NCBI GenBank assembly: GCA_964453495.1
Contig: CAYVPI010000005.1
Coordinates: forward strand, 23,835-87,834
Origin: an uncultured Pseudomonas sp.
GTDB lineage: Bacteria; Pseudomonadota; Gammaproteobacteria; Pseudomonadales; Pseudomonadaceae
Length of the DNA stretch: 64,000 bases
Direction of reading: 5' to 3'
Shown here: piece by piece, positions 19,726 to 28,509 of the stretch
Position numbering within the stretch: position 1 is the stretch's first letter
Layout of the letters: each line of letters opens with the position of its first letter
Position numbers and translations under genes: made by a program
The notes under the pieces: model-generated
Seen by the model: the letters and a program-made list of their open reading frames with translations, nothing else
The model's database searches: none
What the model was told of the DNA's origin: nothing

Positions 19726-21402
19726 ATGACCCGGATGCACACACTCTGGCTTACGTTGCTGGTTACCCTGTTCAGCCATACGGCAAGTGCTGCCGACGAG
19801 CGCCCCAACTTTCTGATCATCGTCGCCGATGACCTGGGTTACAGCGACCTGGGCAGCTACGGCAGTGAAATCGCCACCCCCAATATCGACTCGCTGGCCG
19901 CAGGTGGCGTGCGCCTGACCAATTTCCACACCGCGCCAGTTTGCTCACCGACCCGCGCCATGATGCTCTCCGGAGCCGACAGCCATGTCGCCGGCCTGGG
20001 TAACATGGGCGAGCTGATCCAGCCGTTCCAGAAAGACAAACCCGGCTACGAAGGCTATTTGAACGAGCGCATGGTCACTGTTGGGCAAGTGCTCCAGGAC
20101 GCCGGCTACAACACCTACACCACGGGCAAGTGGCACCTGGGTCGCACCGAAGACACCAGCCCCAAGGCGCGCGGCTTCGACCGTTCGTTCATCCTGGTGC
20201 AGGGCGGTGCCAGCCACTTCGACGACCAGCACGCCATCATCGCCAACGACCCGAAGGCAATCTACCGCGAAGACGGCAAGGTGACCGACGTGCCCAAGGG
20301 CTTTTACTCCAGTGAGTTCTACACCGACAAGTTGATCGACTACCTGGAAGCCGACAAGGCCAGCAACAAGCCGTTCATGGCCGTACTGTCCTACACCGCG
20401 CCCCATTGGCCGCTGCATGCCCCCGACGACTGGCTGGACAAGTACAAGGGCCGCTACGACGCAGGCTACGAGCAAATTCGCCAGGCGCGTTTGGAGCGGC
20501 AGAAACAACTCGGCCTCGTCGCCAACAATGCGCAGCCCAACACACCCATGGCCAAGGGCTTGCCCAACTGGAACCAGCTAAGCGCAGACGAGCGCCAGCA
20601 CGAAGCACGCAACATGGAAGTCTATGCAGCGATGGTGTCCAACATGGACTACCACATCGGCCGCCTGCTCAAGTACCTGGAACAAACCGGTAAGCTGGAC
20701 AATACCTTCATCGTCTTCATCTCTGACAACGGTGCCGACGGCAACAGCCCCATCGACCTGCCCGGCAACAAGGAGTGGATGGCGCGCGACTTCGATAACA
20801 GCCTGAAGAACATCGGCCATAAGGGCTCCTACGCCGACTATGGCGCACAATGGGCCCAGGTCAGTTCCACGCCGTACCCGTTGTTCAAGGGGTTCACCAC
20901 CGAAGGCGGCATTCGCGCGCCTGCCATCATCAGCGCGAAAATGCTGAAAAAGGCCCACCTGCAGGGCACGCTCAATCGAGACACGGTGCATGTGATGGAC
21001 CTGATGCCAACCATGCTCGACCTGGCCGGCGTTTCCCTGGGCAAAACCTTCCACGGCCGCCCGGTGCAGACCATCAGCGGCAAGAGCATGCGCCCGTTGC
21101 TCGAAGGGCAGAGCATGGGCGAACGCCAGATAGGCTGGGAATTGTTCGGCCGCAAGGCACTGCGCAAGGGCGATTGGAAAATCACTCTTGTGAACAAACC
21201 TTATGGCAACGCCGACTGGCAGCTGTACAACCTCAAGATCGACCCGACCGAAAGCCAGGACCTTGCCTCGAACGAGCCTGCCAAGCTCAAGGAGATGCTG
21301 CTGGCCTGGAACCAATATGCCAAGGAAAACAACGTGCTCGATGGCAAGTTCGAGTTGAAGTACGGCTTTAAAACCTGCCTGTATGAATACTGCTTCAAGT
21401 AG
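19726..21402 (+). CDS. Exported Cys-type arylsulfatase (AtsA-like)
   Basis: Signal peptide, RPNFLIIVADDLGYSD, CSPTR formylglycine motif, GKWHLG. Start re-called at MTRM after GAGGA. Confidence 0.93.
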   Translation: MTRMHTLWLTLLVTLFSHTASAADERPNFLIIVADDLGYSDLGSYGSEIATPNIDSLAAGGVRLTNFHTAPVCSPTRAMMLSGADSHVAGLGNMGELIQPFQKDKPGYEGYLNERMVTVGQVLQDAGYNTYTTGKWHLGRTEDTSPKARGFDRSFILVQGGASHFDDQHAIIANDPKAIYREDGKVTDVPKGFYSSEFYTDKLIDYLEADKASNKPFMAVLSYTAPHWPLHAPDDWLDKYKGRYDAGYEQIRQARLERQKQLGLVANNAQPNTPMAKGLPNWNQLSADERQHEARNMEVYAAMVSNMDYHIGRLLKYLEQTGKLDNTFIVFISDNGADGNSPIDLPGNKEWMARDFDNSLKNIGHKGSYADYGAQWAQVSSTPYPLFKGFTTEGGIRAPAIISAKMLKKAHLQGTLNRDTVHVMDLMPTMLDLAGVSLGKTFHGRPVQTISGKSMRPLLEGQSMGERQIGWELFGRKALRKGDWKITLVNKPYGNADWQLYNLKIDPTESQDLASNEPAKLKEMLLAWNQYAKENNVLDGKFELKYGFKTCLYEYCFK

Positions 21403-21475
21403 GCTGCACCCCGGTGCTCGGTCACGACCATCGGGGTGGCGCTTGATGAAATAAAAGTTTTTTTGAATCAAGGGG

Positions 21476-21510
21476 TTGACGGGGGTTCTGGTTTCGATAG
21501 AATGGCGCCC
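21476..21510 (+). promoter_or_regulatory. sigma70 stable-RNA promoter for the tRNA operon
   Basis: TTGACG-16 bp-TAGAAT, GC-rich discriminator GGCGCCC, AT-rich UP-like tract upstream. Confidence 0.8.
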
Positions 21511-21521
21511 GTCAACACGAC

Positions 21522-21597
<76 letters not shown>

Positions 21598-21642
21598 GTT
21601 TGTTTGCGTTTAAAGCTGCTGGTTAGAGTTTTAGACGTTTGG

Positions 21643-21716
21643 GGCCGAGTAGCAAAATGGTTATGCAGCGGATTGCAAATCCGCCTACGCCGGTTCGATT
21701 CCGACCTCGGCCTCCA
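21643..21716 (+). tRNA. tRNA-Cys(GCA); probable prophage att site
   Basis: 74 nt; GGCCGAG/CTCGGCC acceptor stem, TTGCAAA anticodon loop, CCA end. Confidence 0.97.
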
Positions 21717-21722
21717 TCATTC

Positions 21723-21756
21723 AAGCCTTCAAGATCAACGTCTTGAAGGCTTTTTT
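21723..21756 (+). terminator. Intrinsic terminator after tRNA-Cys
   Basis: AAGCCTTCAAGA-TCAACG-TCTTGAAGGCTT followed by a T-tract. Confidence 0.85.
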
Positions 21757-21773
21757 GTGTGCGCAGGAAAAGT

Positions 21774-21806
21774 ATCATTTCCGCATCTTTCATAATCATT
21801 TCCGCA
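21774..21806. repeat. Direct repeat ATCATTTCCGCA x2, putative integrase arm-type sites
   Basis: Exact 12-mer at 21774-21785 and 21795-21806 (21 bp period) between tRNA and int. Confidence 0.65.
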
Positions 21807-21814
21807 ACTATGGC

Positions 21815-22882
21815 TTATCGGGTGGGTTTGACGATCTCTCCCACGCGCCGATAGACCTTTTTCGTCATAGTCTCTTTTGAGTGTCCGAGCAGTCGGCTGG
21901 CATGGCCAATGTCTTCGATTTCGCTGGCGGCCTTCGGGCGAATGTCTCTGAACTGGAATTGCTGGATTTTCTCGGCCAGGGCCAGGTCTCCTTCATTGTT
22001 TGCCTTCCTTGCTGCGCGCTCCCTGGCTTCCTCCCAGCGATTGCGCAACATTGCGTAGCTCATCCTCAGTCCTCTCAAGTTGGTGATCAGACACGAAGTG
22101 CGAATTCCCTGCAGGGTTCTGCGCTCGAGCAGTGCATCGATAAAGATGCCCAAGCCCGTCGGATCGTCGCCTTCGCGTAGGCGAATGCGAAGCCGTTTCT
22201 CCGTTTTGCCCTGGCCGACGAACAGAAACTCATCGGTTAGATCGCCGAGGGCAACCTTGATGGCGTCTGACGGCCGCTGACCGGTGAGGTAAGCCATGTC
22301 CATGGCATCCTTCAGGTCCTGCTCAGCCTGGTCGTAGACTGCTTCCCATACGTCATGGCTGGCATAAAAGTCCCGCACCACTTCTTTATTACGGCGAACC
22401 ATCGAACACGGATTGGCGTTGGCCGTGAGGCCCCACTCGCGTGCGATTGTGAAAACGTGGGAGAGCAGGGCAATTTCTCGGTTACCTCTCGTCTTCGCGC
22501 TGCGTTTGTCGCGGTACTGGGCAACCATCTGCGGCGTAACCGCGTCGATCGGTACAACATCAAAGGCTTTACGTAACTGCTTTAGCTCCGCTCGATTGTC
22601 TTTCTGAGTCCTAGGCTTCTTGCCCGGGATGATTTCTTCTTCGTATCGATCAAAAACATCCTTCAATGTGCGCATATTCTTTGGCACAGCCTTCCGCTCA
22701 AGTCTGGCCCACTCGGCCCTGGCTTCGTCCAGATCAGTCCCGAGAGGGATTTCCCGCCGCTTACCCGTCTCATCTCTCCCGTCGTAGTAGTATCCAACCC
22801 ACAATTTCCCGCTTTTCATCTTCCTGACCCGTCGCAGCATCCTTGGCGGCAGGTCACGGTTGACCGTCTTTTTAGTGCGCAT
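21815..22882 (-). CDS. int: Tyrosine recombinase / phage integrase
   Basis: LTGQRPSD (Arg), FRDIRPK, LLGH and KVYRR catalytic motifs. Confidence 0.95.
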   Translation of the reverse strand: MRTKKTVNRDLPPRMLRRVRKMKSGKLWVGYYYDGRDETGKRREIPLGTDLDEARAEWARLERKAVPKNMRTLKDVFDRYEEEIIPGKKPRTQKDNRAELKQLRKAFDVVPIDAVTPQMVAQYRDKRSAKTRGNREIALLSHVFTIAREWGLTANANPCSMVRRNKEVVRDFYASHDVWEAVYDQAEQDLKDAMDMAYLTGQRPSDAIKVALGDLTDEFLFVGQGKTEKRLRIRLREGDDPTGLGIFIDALLERRTLQGIRTSCLITNLRGLRMSYAMLRNRWEEARERAARKANNEGDLALAEKIQQFQFRDIRPKAASEIEDIGHASRLLGHSKETMTKKVYRRVGEIVKPTR

Positions 22883-22885
22883 CCA

Positions 22886-23122
22886 TTACCCCACGCGCGA
22901 TAAGTCAAAAGTCCAGGTCTCAGCCGTTGCATTCGTTGCTGACGGCTTGACCCCTGCAAGTTTGAGGCGAGCATACACACGCCCCACTACCGGGCGTCTG
23001 GCTCCGGTGAGCACGTATTGCCAGCCGTTGTTCGAGAGCCACTGGATCTGCCGCGAAGGCGTTTGGTAGCCGGTGATAGCGGCCAACTCTTCGTCAGCCA
23101 GGGTTTCACTTTGGATTTCCAT
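22886..23122 (-). CDS. Excisionase-like protein (DUF4224-like)
   Basis: LADEELAAITGY...QIQWL...GW, immediately upstream of int. Start re-called at MEIQ. Confidence 0.8.
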   Translation of the reverse strand: MEIQSETLADEELAAITGYQTPSRQIQWLSNNGWQYVLTGARRPVVGRVYARLKLAGVKPSATNATAETWTFDLSRVG

Positions 23123-23172
23123 AGCGCGCTCCATGCCGCCCTGTGGCAGCAGAAAGTGAGAAGTGGGAGGGA

Positions 23173-23391
23173 TTAAGCTTTGTGGTCGCGCCCGCTGAAC
23201 CAATGGCAGGCTTCGACCAAGCGAGGATCGTCATACCAGTCTTCGATGATCCGGTTGCAGGCTCGATCACGGAAGAAGGTCGGGCCCAGGTAGCTATGCC
23301 ACTCCATGAAGACGTGAGTGCCGTCTGACAGTGGCAAGCGGTAGAAGGGTGAAACGCAAATGATGCCGTCTGCGATGCGGTGGCAGGTCAT
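23173..23391 (-). CDS. Phage hypothetical protein
   Basis: 72 aa ORF in the early leftward operon with a plausible RBS (GAGG). Confidence 0.65.
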   Translation of the reverse strand: MTCHRIADGIICVSPFYRLPLSDGTHVFMEWHSYLGPTFFRDRACNRIIEDWYDDPRLVEACHWFSGRDHKA

Positions 23392-23401
23392 GGCTATACC
23401 C

Positions 23402-23578
23402 TCACGCCAGAAAGTGATGGCCGGCAGTTACTGCGTAAGCGGCTTCTTTGGTGCGGAACATCAGGTGAGTCGTGCTTGAGCTGCCCCAGCTGTCGAACTC
23501 GACATCGACCCACCAGGCGCCGAACTTGCGGTAGGGCTCGCCGAGGATCTTGGTGACATGGCAGTCGATGGTGTTCAT
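23402..23578 (-). CDS. Phage hypothetical protein
   Basis: 58 aa from MNTIDC, with GGAGA RBS. Confidence 0.65.
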   Translation of the reverse strand: MNTIDCHVTKILGEPYRKFGAWWVDVEFDSWGSSSTTHLMFRTKEAAYAVTAGHHFLA

Positions 23579-23700
23579 GGTTTTCTCCATTGAGGTTCGT
23601 TTGCTCACGCATGGCTTCGCCCACGCCGCAATGGCAGCAGGCTCCGAACTGGGAGGGATGGAGCGAAATTTTCGTCTACACTGATTTTCATTAACACGCT

Positions 23701-24000
23701 ATGGCGAGAAGAAAAATGCTCCATGAACCTACCGGTATGAAGCTTGGCTGGCGCTACCAAATCGAAAATACTCAAGACTGCAAGATATTTGATGGGTACT
23801 TTGAAGACGGGGTTTATTTTCAGTCAGTTGAGCATCCGGTACGCGCTGGCCGGCTTGACGGTACAGCTTTTATATATAACTTGATTGACGAGAAGGCCGT
23901 TCCTACATTCTCAAACGGTTTTGTTGGCGAGATTCGAAACCTAGTCCTCACTTTGTCAGATGGTACGGTGTTCGGGATAAGACATGTGGGTAATGGCTAA
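23701..24000 (+). CDS. AT-rich accessory (moron) hypothetical protein
   Basis: Opposite strand to flanking phage genes, visibly AT-richer. Confidence 0.6.
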   Translation: MARRKMLHEPTGMKLGWRYQIENTQDCKIFDGYFEDGVYFQSVEHPVRAGRLDGTAFIYNLIDEKAVPTFSNGFVGEIRNLVLTLSDGTVFGIRHVGNG

Positions 24001-24121
24001 TCAGTAAATCTGCTCGCGTAGTTTGGTCGCTTTGAGTTGTATATATATTATTTACTTTTGGTTAAGGCTTCGCTGTTGATAGGTCGAATGCCCGTGATGC
24101 TTCAGTTCACTGTTGGCATAA

Positions 24122-24649
24122 GTGAACCGTGCAAAACTAACTCTGCAGGAGGTTAGAGTGATCGATACCCAGAGCGTTTCGTTGTTTGATGGTTTTGGAC
24201 CTGTCATCGATCCGCTCCCGGATAGTATTGGAGTGGGAAAAATGGGGTTTTTTCGCTCGGTCACGCTCCCCACTTGGGAGCCCGATCACCTGCACTGGAA
24301 TGGACCCTCGGGCTTGGTTTTTCATGATGATGGTAGAATGTATTTTTTTGCGAAACGCTTATCAAATCAGCGTCGCACTGGGTTGTTGGATTCAGGGCGT
24401 GCATTCTACGCGACTGTGGAATTAATGTTCTCAAAAACAAGGGATGATCCTCAACCCTTTTATACTTATGAATTTGCAGTCGTTAGGTTGGATTGGAAGA
24501 CTCGGGTGGATGATTATAAAAAAACATGGCATTTTCCTGGTCTGCTCCCATATTTTGCGAACTCATCTGTTGGGCTGAGGCGGCACTGGCGGGCTGACTC
24601 AAACGAGACTCCTCCTGTTGTAATTCCTTTTCCTTCTATAGGGTTTTAG
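24122..24649 (+). CDS. AT-rich accessory hypothetical protein
   Basis: 175 aa ORF; likely start is GTG near 24157 after AGGAGG. Confidence 0.6.
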   Translation: MNRAKLTLQEVRVIDTQSVSLFDGFGPVIDPLPDSIGVGKMGFFRSVTLPTWEPDHLHWNGPSGLVFHDDGRMYFFAKRLSNQRRTGLLDSGRAFYATVELMFSKTRDDPQPFYTYEFAVVRLDWKTRVDDYKKTWHFPGLLPYFANSSVGLRRHWRADSNETPPVVIPFPSIGF

Positions 24650-24696
24650 CTGGGTAAAAATCGGTTACGTTATAGTAGGTTTTGCGGGGGGAGGTT

Positions 24697-25140
24697 ATGA
24701 GTGAAGCAGAAGTGCATGTAAGCTGGTGCATATGGCATGAGGGGGTTGCCCCATATTTTGCCATTTTTGTAGGTGGAAAGTGGGTGGATTCTATAGATAT
24801 TCAGGGCACTAAGAGGAAAATGCTTGCAAAGCTTCAAAATAAAAGTGTTGCTTTGAGGCTCGTTAATGGCTTAAGTGATAACGAGTTGCTTGAGGTGATA
24901 GAGTTATGTAGGAAGAAAATTCCGGCAGAGCGCGAATTGGATCGTCATGTTTTGTGGGTTTGTGATGTGGAGGGGTGGCGGAATGAGCTTAAGAATTATT
25001 TTGCTAAAAGTGACTATAATCAAATAATCAGGATTTATAAATATAAGCAGGATCATAATCCTAATGCGAAGAATTTATTGTGCTGCTTCAAGTATACAGA
25101 AATAATTGAGTATTTTAGAGGTATATTAAAAATGAATTGA
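24697..25140 (+). CDS. AT-rich accessory hypothetical protein
   Basis: GGAGG RBS before ATG 24697; very AT-rich. Confidence 0.65.
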   Translation: MSEAEVHVSWCIWHEGVAPYFAIFVGGKWVDSIDIQGTKRKMLAKLQNKSVALRLVNGLSDNELLEVIELCRKKIPAERELDRHVLWVCDVEGWRNELKNYFAKSDYNQIIRIYKYKQDHNPNAKNLLCCFKYTEIIEYFRGILKMN

Positions 25141-25275
25141 GGAGTGTGTTTTAATGTGTTTTGTTGGGCGTATTTGATTTTTTTGAAGTGGGATCTCCTG
25201 TTTCGAGAGCCTCGTTTTACTTTGGCTTGGCTGTTAACTTCAAGCGAGCGCGCTGGTGGGCCCTGAACTTCCGTC

Positions 25276-25434
25276 TCAAAACGACAGCTCTAAATCCAAG
25301 TCATTCCAACCCGCTACCCACCAAGCGCCTTTCACGCTGATCGGGCTGAAGGGACAGGCCAGCTTTCCGCCGCCGTGCTGGCGGCATTCCCGGCCGTCGT
25401 AGTAGGCGTCCGGAATGTCATAGCGCCTTTTCAT
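25276..25434 (-). CDS. 52 aa Rmf/CrpP-fold-like small protein (absent from ORF track)
   Basis: Hand translation MKRRYDIPDAYYDGRECRQHGGGKLACPFSPISVKGAWWVAGWNDLDLELSF; overlaps the 3' end of the upstream gene. Confidence 0.6.
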   Translation of the reverse strand: MKRRYDIPDAYYDGRECRQHGGGKLACPFSPISVKGAWWVAGWNDLDLELSF

Positions 25435-25990
25435 GAGCGACCTTCTTGCCCGTCTTCGCCTTGGGGAAGTCGATGCTGTAGGTGGTGATAAGCCGCTTCA
25501 GCCGGTCGCTACTGATCTGCAGTTGAGTGGCGACCTGGTGCCTGTTCAGTCCGATGTCACGCAATGCTGTCAGTCGTTCGCAGAGCTCCGCGTCGACGGC
25601 CGGGTCAATGTATTCGCGCCTTCCCTTGCCGCGCCTGGGGTCAGGTTGGAACTTGATCCCGGCAGCAGAGGCAATCCGGTACAGCGTGGTGTAGGAGAGG
25701 CCGGTTGCATTGCAGGCTTCCCGTTGCGTCATCGTCTCTGCCAGCTTGCGGACTTGGTCTTCGACGGCCTGGCGCGCTTCTTCCGAGGCCCTTTGATTCG
25801 CGTAACTCAGTTCGCGTATGCGCTGGCGGGTCTGTTTCTCTGCGCAGACCGTTGGCTTGCTCGCCGGCCTCGGCACGTACTCGAAGGGCTGGCCGGTGGT
25901 GATGGTCCCGCCATTCGAAAAAAAGGCAGCTTTCGCTGCCTCCAGTTCGGCTTGTCTGTCCGCATAGGACTGTGTGAGGTAATCGCTCAT
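25418..25990 (-). CDS. Phage protein with probable tandem HTH motifs
   Basis: MTQREACNATGLSYTTLYRI and LNRHQVATQLQISSDRLKRL segments. Confidence 0.7.
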   Translation of the reverse strand: MSDYLTQSYADRQAELEAAKAAFFSNGGTITTGQPFEYVPRPASKPTVCAEKQTRQRIRELSYANQRASEEARQAVEDQVRKLAETMTQREACNATGLSYTTLYRIASAAGIKFQPDPRRGKGRREYIDPAVDAELCERLTALRDIGLNRHQVATQLQISSDRLKRLITTYSIDFPKAKTGKKVAHEKAL

Positions 25991-25998
25991 GATGCCTC

Positions 25999-26562
25999 CT
26001 ACTTGATCCGGATCGAGCTTTCACCCCGTTCGAGGTGTGCCCAGGTTGGTTCTGGAATCAGCTCGGCCTCTACGTCTTCGCCGGCATACATGCGCACACG
26101 AACCGCGGTGTTGTGGTCACGGATTTCCTTGAGTCTGGTGGCGATAGTCTTCTTGTCTGGCGAGATCACCGTGCTGACCGACACGAAGTCGTCCGGCAGG
26201 TCGTCTTCCTTGTCCACGATCACCTTTTCGGGTGCCATGGCCAGGGTAATGGTGAACAGTGGCCGCTTGATCGATTTGATGTTGGCGGCTTCCATGTTCC
26301 GACGAAGGTAATCGCTGATCTGGCTCACGCTGTTTTTCTTGGCGCGCTTGAGTTCATTAAGGCGCTCGACTTCCTTGTCGATCGCGTCGATATCGCTTTC
26401 GATGTTTCGGCGCAGCATGACGATGTTGTCGGCCTTGATTTCGAACTCACCCTGGATGCCGTCCATGGTGTCTTGAATGGCTTGGCGTAGGCCTTCGTCA
26501 TCGCTGTCCGCCATGGCCGCCAGTTCGGCCATTTGGCCGGTTAATGCGTAGAGCTGGGTCAT
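25999..26562 (-). CDS. Siphovirus Gp157-family protein
   Basis: MTQLYALT..., coiled coil, PDKKTI, and C-terminal GESSIRIK. Confidence 0.85.
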   Translation of the reverse strand: MTQLYALTGQMAELAAMADSDDEGLRQAIQDTMDGIQGEFEIKADNIVMLRRNIESDIDAIDKEVERLNELKRAKKNSVSQISDYLRRNMEAANIKSIKRPLFTITLAMAPEKVIVDKEDDLPDDFVSVSTVISPDKKTIATRLKEIRDHNTAVRVRMYAGEDVEAELIPEPTWAHLERGESSIRIK

Positions 26563-27293
26563 GCTGCTGCTCCTTCCATCTTCGCGGTGAGGTCTTTCAG
26601 TTCTTTAGCAATGCGCTTGACTGCCGTTTCGTCTTTTCTCGCGGTCAGGCGGCGTACGGCGTGATCATGGATTTTCTTGAGCTCCTGGATCGACTGAGCT
26701 CCGCCCATGGTCTCGATCACCGACCTGATGTAGTCCAAGCGTTCCTGCTGCTGACGCTCGAGCTCGGCTTCTTTGTCCTCGGCCTTGGCGATGGCGACCT
26801 CGTCGCGCACCGTTTCAACGTAGGCTGCGTCATCGAACAGCCCCATATGAATGTCAGCTGCGAACCCGAGAGGTTGTAGGCACTTGCCGATGGCGTCGGT
26901 GAGCGACTTCTTGGCCGCTTCCCAGTCCGTGATGATCTTGCCGCCTTGAAGAAGCACGAACGGGGTGTGGCCGTAGTGCTGGACAGTGCACTTCTTACCT
27001 TCCTTGCCCAGGTACCAAAGTTCGATCTTCAAGGTGTGCAGCTTCGCGTTGATCCTTGGTGCCTCTGGCCACTCTTTGGTGGGCGCCTGGAGCGGAGCAC
27101 CTTCGTCGAAGCGATCCTCGAGGACAGTCCAGCCCCAACCTTCACCACAAGGGCCGAACACTTCGGTGGCCTTACGCATGAGATAGGTAGGTTTGATGGC
27201 GGTACCCTTAAAGCCGCCCATACCCGTGAAGTTCTTGGTGGCGCTTGGATCAGTCGTGTCGACCTGGTCCCAAATTCTGGTGTTATCGGACAT
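26559..27293 (-). CDS. Single-strand annealing recombinase (Sak/Rad52-like)
   Basis: TEVFGPCGEGWGW and KKSLTDAIGK...LGFAADIH motifs, next to gp157. Confidence 0.7.
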   Translation of the reverse strand: MSDNTRIWDQVDTTDPSATKNFTGMGGFKGTAIKPTYLMRKATEVFGPCGEGWGWTVLEDRFDEGAPLQAPTKEWPEAPRINAKLHTLKIELWYLGKEGKKCTVQHYGHTPFVLLQGGKIITDWEAAKKSLTDAIGKCLQPLGFAADIHMGLFDDAAYVETVRDEVAIAKAEDKEAELERQQQERLDYIRSVIETMGGAQSIQELKKIHDHAVRRLTARKDETAVKRIAKELKDLTAKMEGAAA

Positions 27294-27466
27294 GTTCATC
27301 TCCGTGCCTACCGCAGAGCGGGGCGTCAGTTGGGTAGGGGAATGCCAGGTCACGCCCGTGAAGGTGGCGGACGCCCTGGCTGCCGGTGATACTTGCGCGC
27401 TCTTACCGGCCTACGCTCCACTCAGGGTACGGTTATCCCCGAAGGGCCCGCCGTGCATCGGGTGTG

Positions 27467-27583
27467 TCAGTTGGTCAGGTAGCCAGAGTAGGCACTAGCC
27501 AGCATCCAAGCGGTGAAGAGTAGAAGGGCGATGGCAGAGCCGCGCCATGCGTAAAGGCGGCGGGCGCGTTGGTAGGAGGTCAT
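27467..27583 (-). CDS. 38 aa small membrane protein (absent from ORF track)
   Basis: MTSYQRARRLYAWRGSAIALLLFTAWMLASAYSGYLTN; ATGA overlap with upstream gene. Confidence 0.6.
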   Translation of the reverse strand: MTSYQRARRLYAWRGSAIALLLFTAWMLASAYSGYLTN

Positions 27584-27774
27584 GGCCTGACCCTCACTGC
27601 GATCCGGCCGCCCTTCATGGTCGGTGCAAGGCGCTTGGGCAGGCTGGCCACGCGTGTATCTCGCGGCAAACCTACGGCTTCATTAAACGGAACACCAAAG
27701 CTGATCACGGCCAAGGTGCGTTCAATTTGCTCAAGCTGTTCGTCGATCAGGGATTTAACCGGTGCAGTGCTCAT
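27580..27774 (-). CDS. Phage hypothetical protein
   Basis: 64 aa, ATGA-coupled on both sides. Confidence 0.65.
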   Translation of the reverse strand: MSTAPVKSLIDEQLEQIERTLAVISFGVPFNEAVGLPRDTRVASLPKRLAPTMKGGRIAVRVRP

Positions 27775-27980
27775 GCCTTGATCCTCTGCATTGCGCGTTC
27801 CGTCATCCGGTGCAAGCGCTCCGAATAGTGTCTGTGTTCGTCATCGCCGATGGCGCCCAGGGCATAGGCCATTTCGATTCCCATCAGAGCGCTGGCTTCG
27901 GTCATGGCCGGGAAGGGCGCAGCCGGATACTCGTCCAGCACCTGATCAATCATGCGCACCGCTGTTTCGTGGGCTCTCAC
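27771..27980 (-). CDS. Phage hypothetical protein
   Basis: GTG start overlapping the upstream stop (GTGA); GIEMAYALGAI motif. Confidence 0.65.
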   Translation of the reverse strand: MRAHETAVRMIDQVLDEYPAAPFPAMTEASALMGIEMAYALGAIGDDEHRHYSERLHRMTERAMQRIKA

Positions 27981-28258
27981 GCCGCACGCTCCCGCCGATC
28001 TGCGTCGACTTGCTCCCAGAGCAGCTCTTCGATTTGTTCGGCGTACCTCTCGGCAGCTGCCGCGCAACCGTTGCGGCCCAAGTCCATCGGTACGCCGTCA
28101 TCGTCATACGTGGTGCCCGAGACAACAGTGAATTCCATTTCCCGATAGCCGAAGAAATCCCAATCGCTGTCCCAGCTGTTGCGGTTCGGCTTCACGTCTT
28201 CCAGATGCTTGATCTCGCACTGGAGGACGAACTCCTCGATGATCACTTCGTAAGTCAT
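27977..28258 (-). CDS. Phage hypothetical protein
   Basis: 93 aa from MTYEV, with GGAGG RBS. Confidence 0.7.
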   Translation of the reverse strand: MTYEVIIEEFVLQCEIKHLEDVKPNRNSWDSDWDFFGYREMEFTVVSGTTYDDDGVPMDLGRNGCAAAAERYAEQIEELLWEQVDADRRERAA

Positions 28259-28509
28259 GGTCGCCTCCAGAGTGGCGTTGGTGTGCAAACCGCATTGGCC
28301 AGATGCCAGGCGCGGGTGACCAAACCCAGCCGTGAGACTGGCCTGGCACCTGCTGATGCGGTTAATGATGTAGGGAGGGGTGTAGGTCGAGCGATTAGGG
28401 AGGGGGTGATGCGGGCAACTAGAGTCATACTGAGGCGAGTCTGGCTCGGTACCGCCAGACCCGTCATTTATGGTTGTCTCTTTCCTCTGGAGGCAAGAGG
28501 TTGTGAGCA

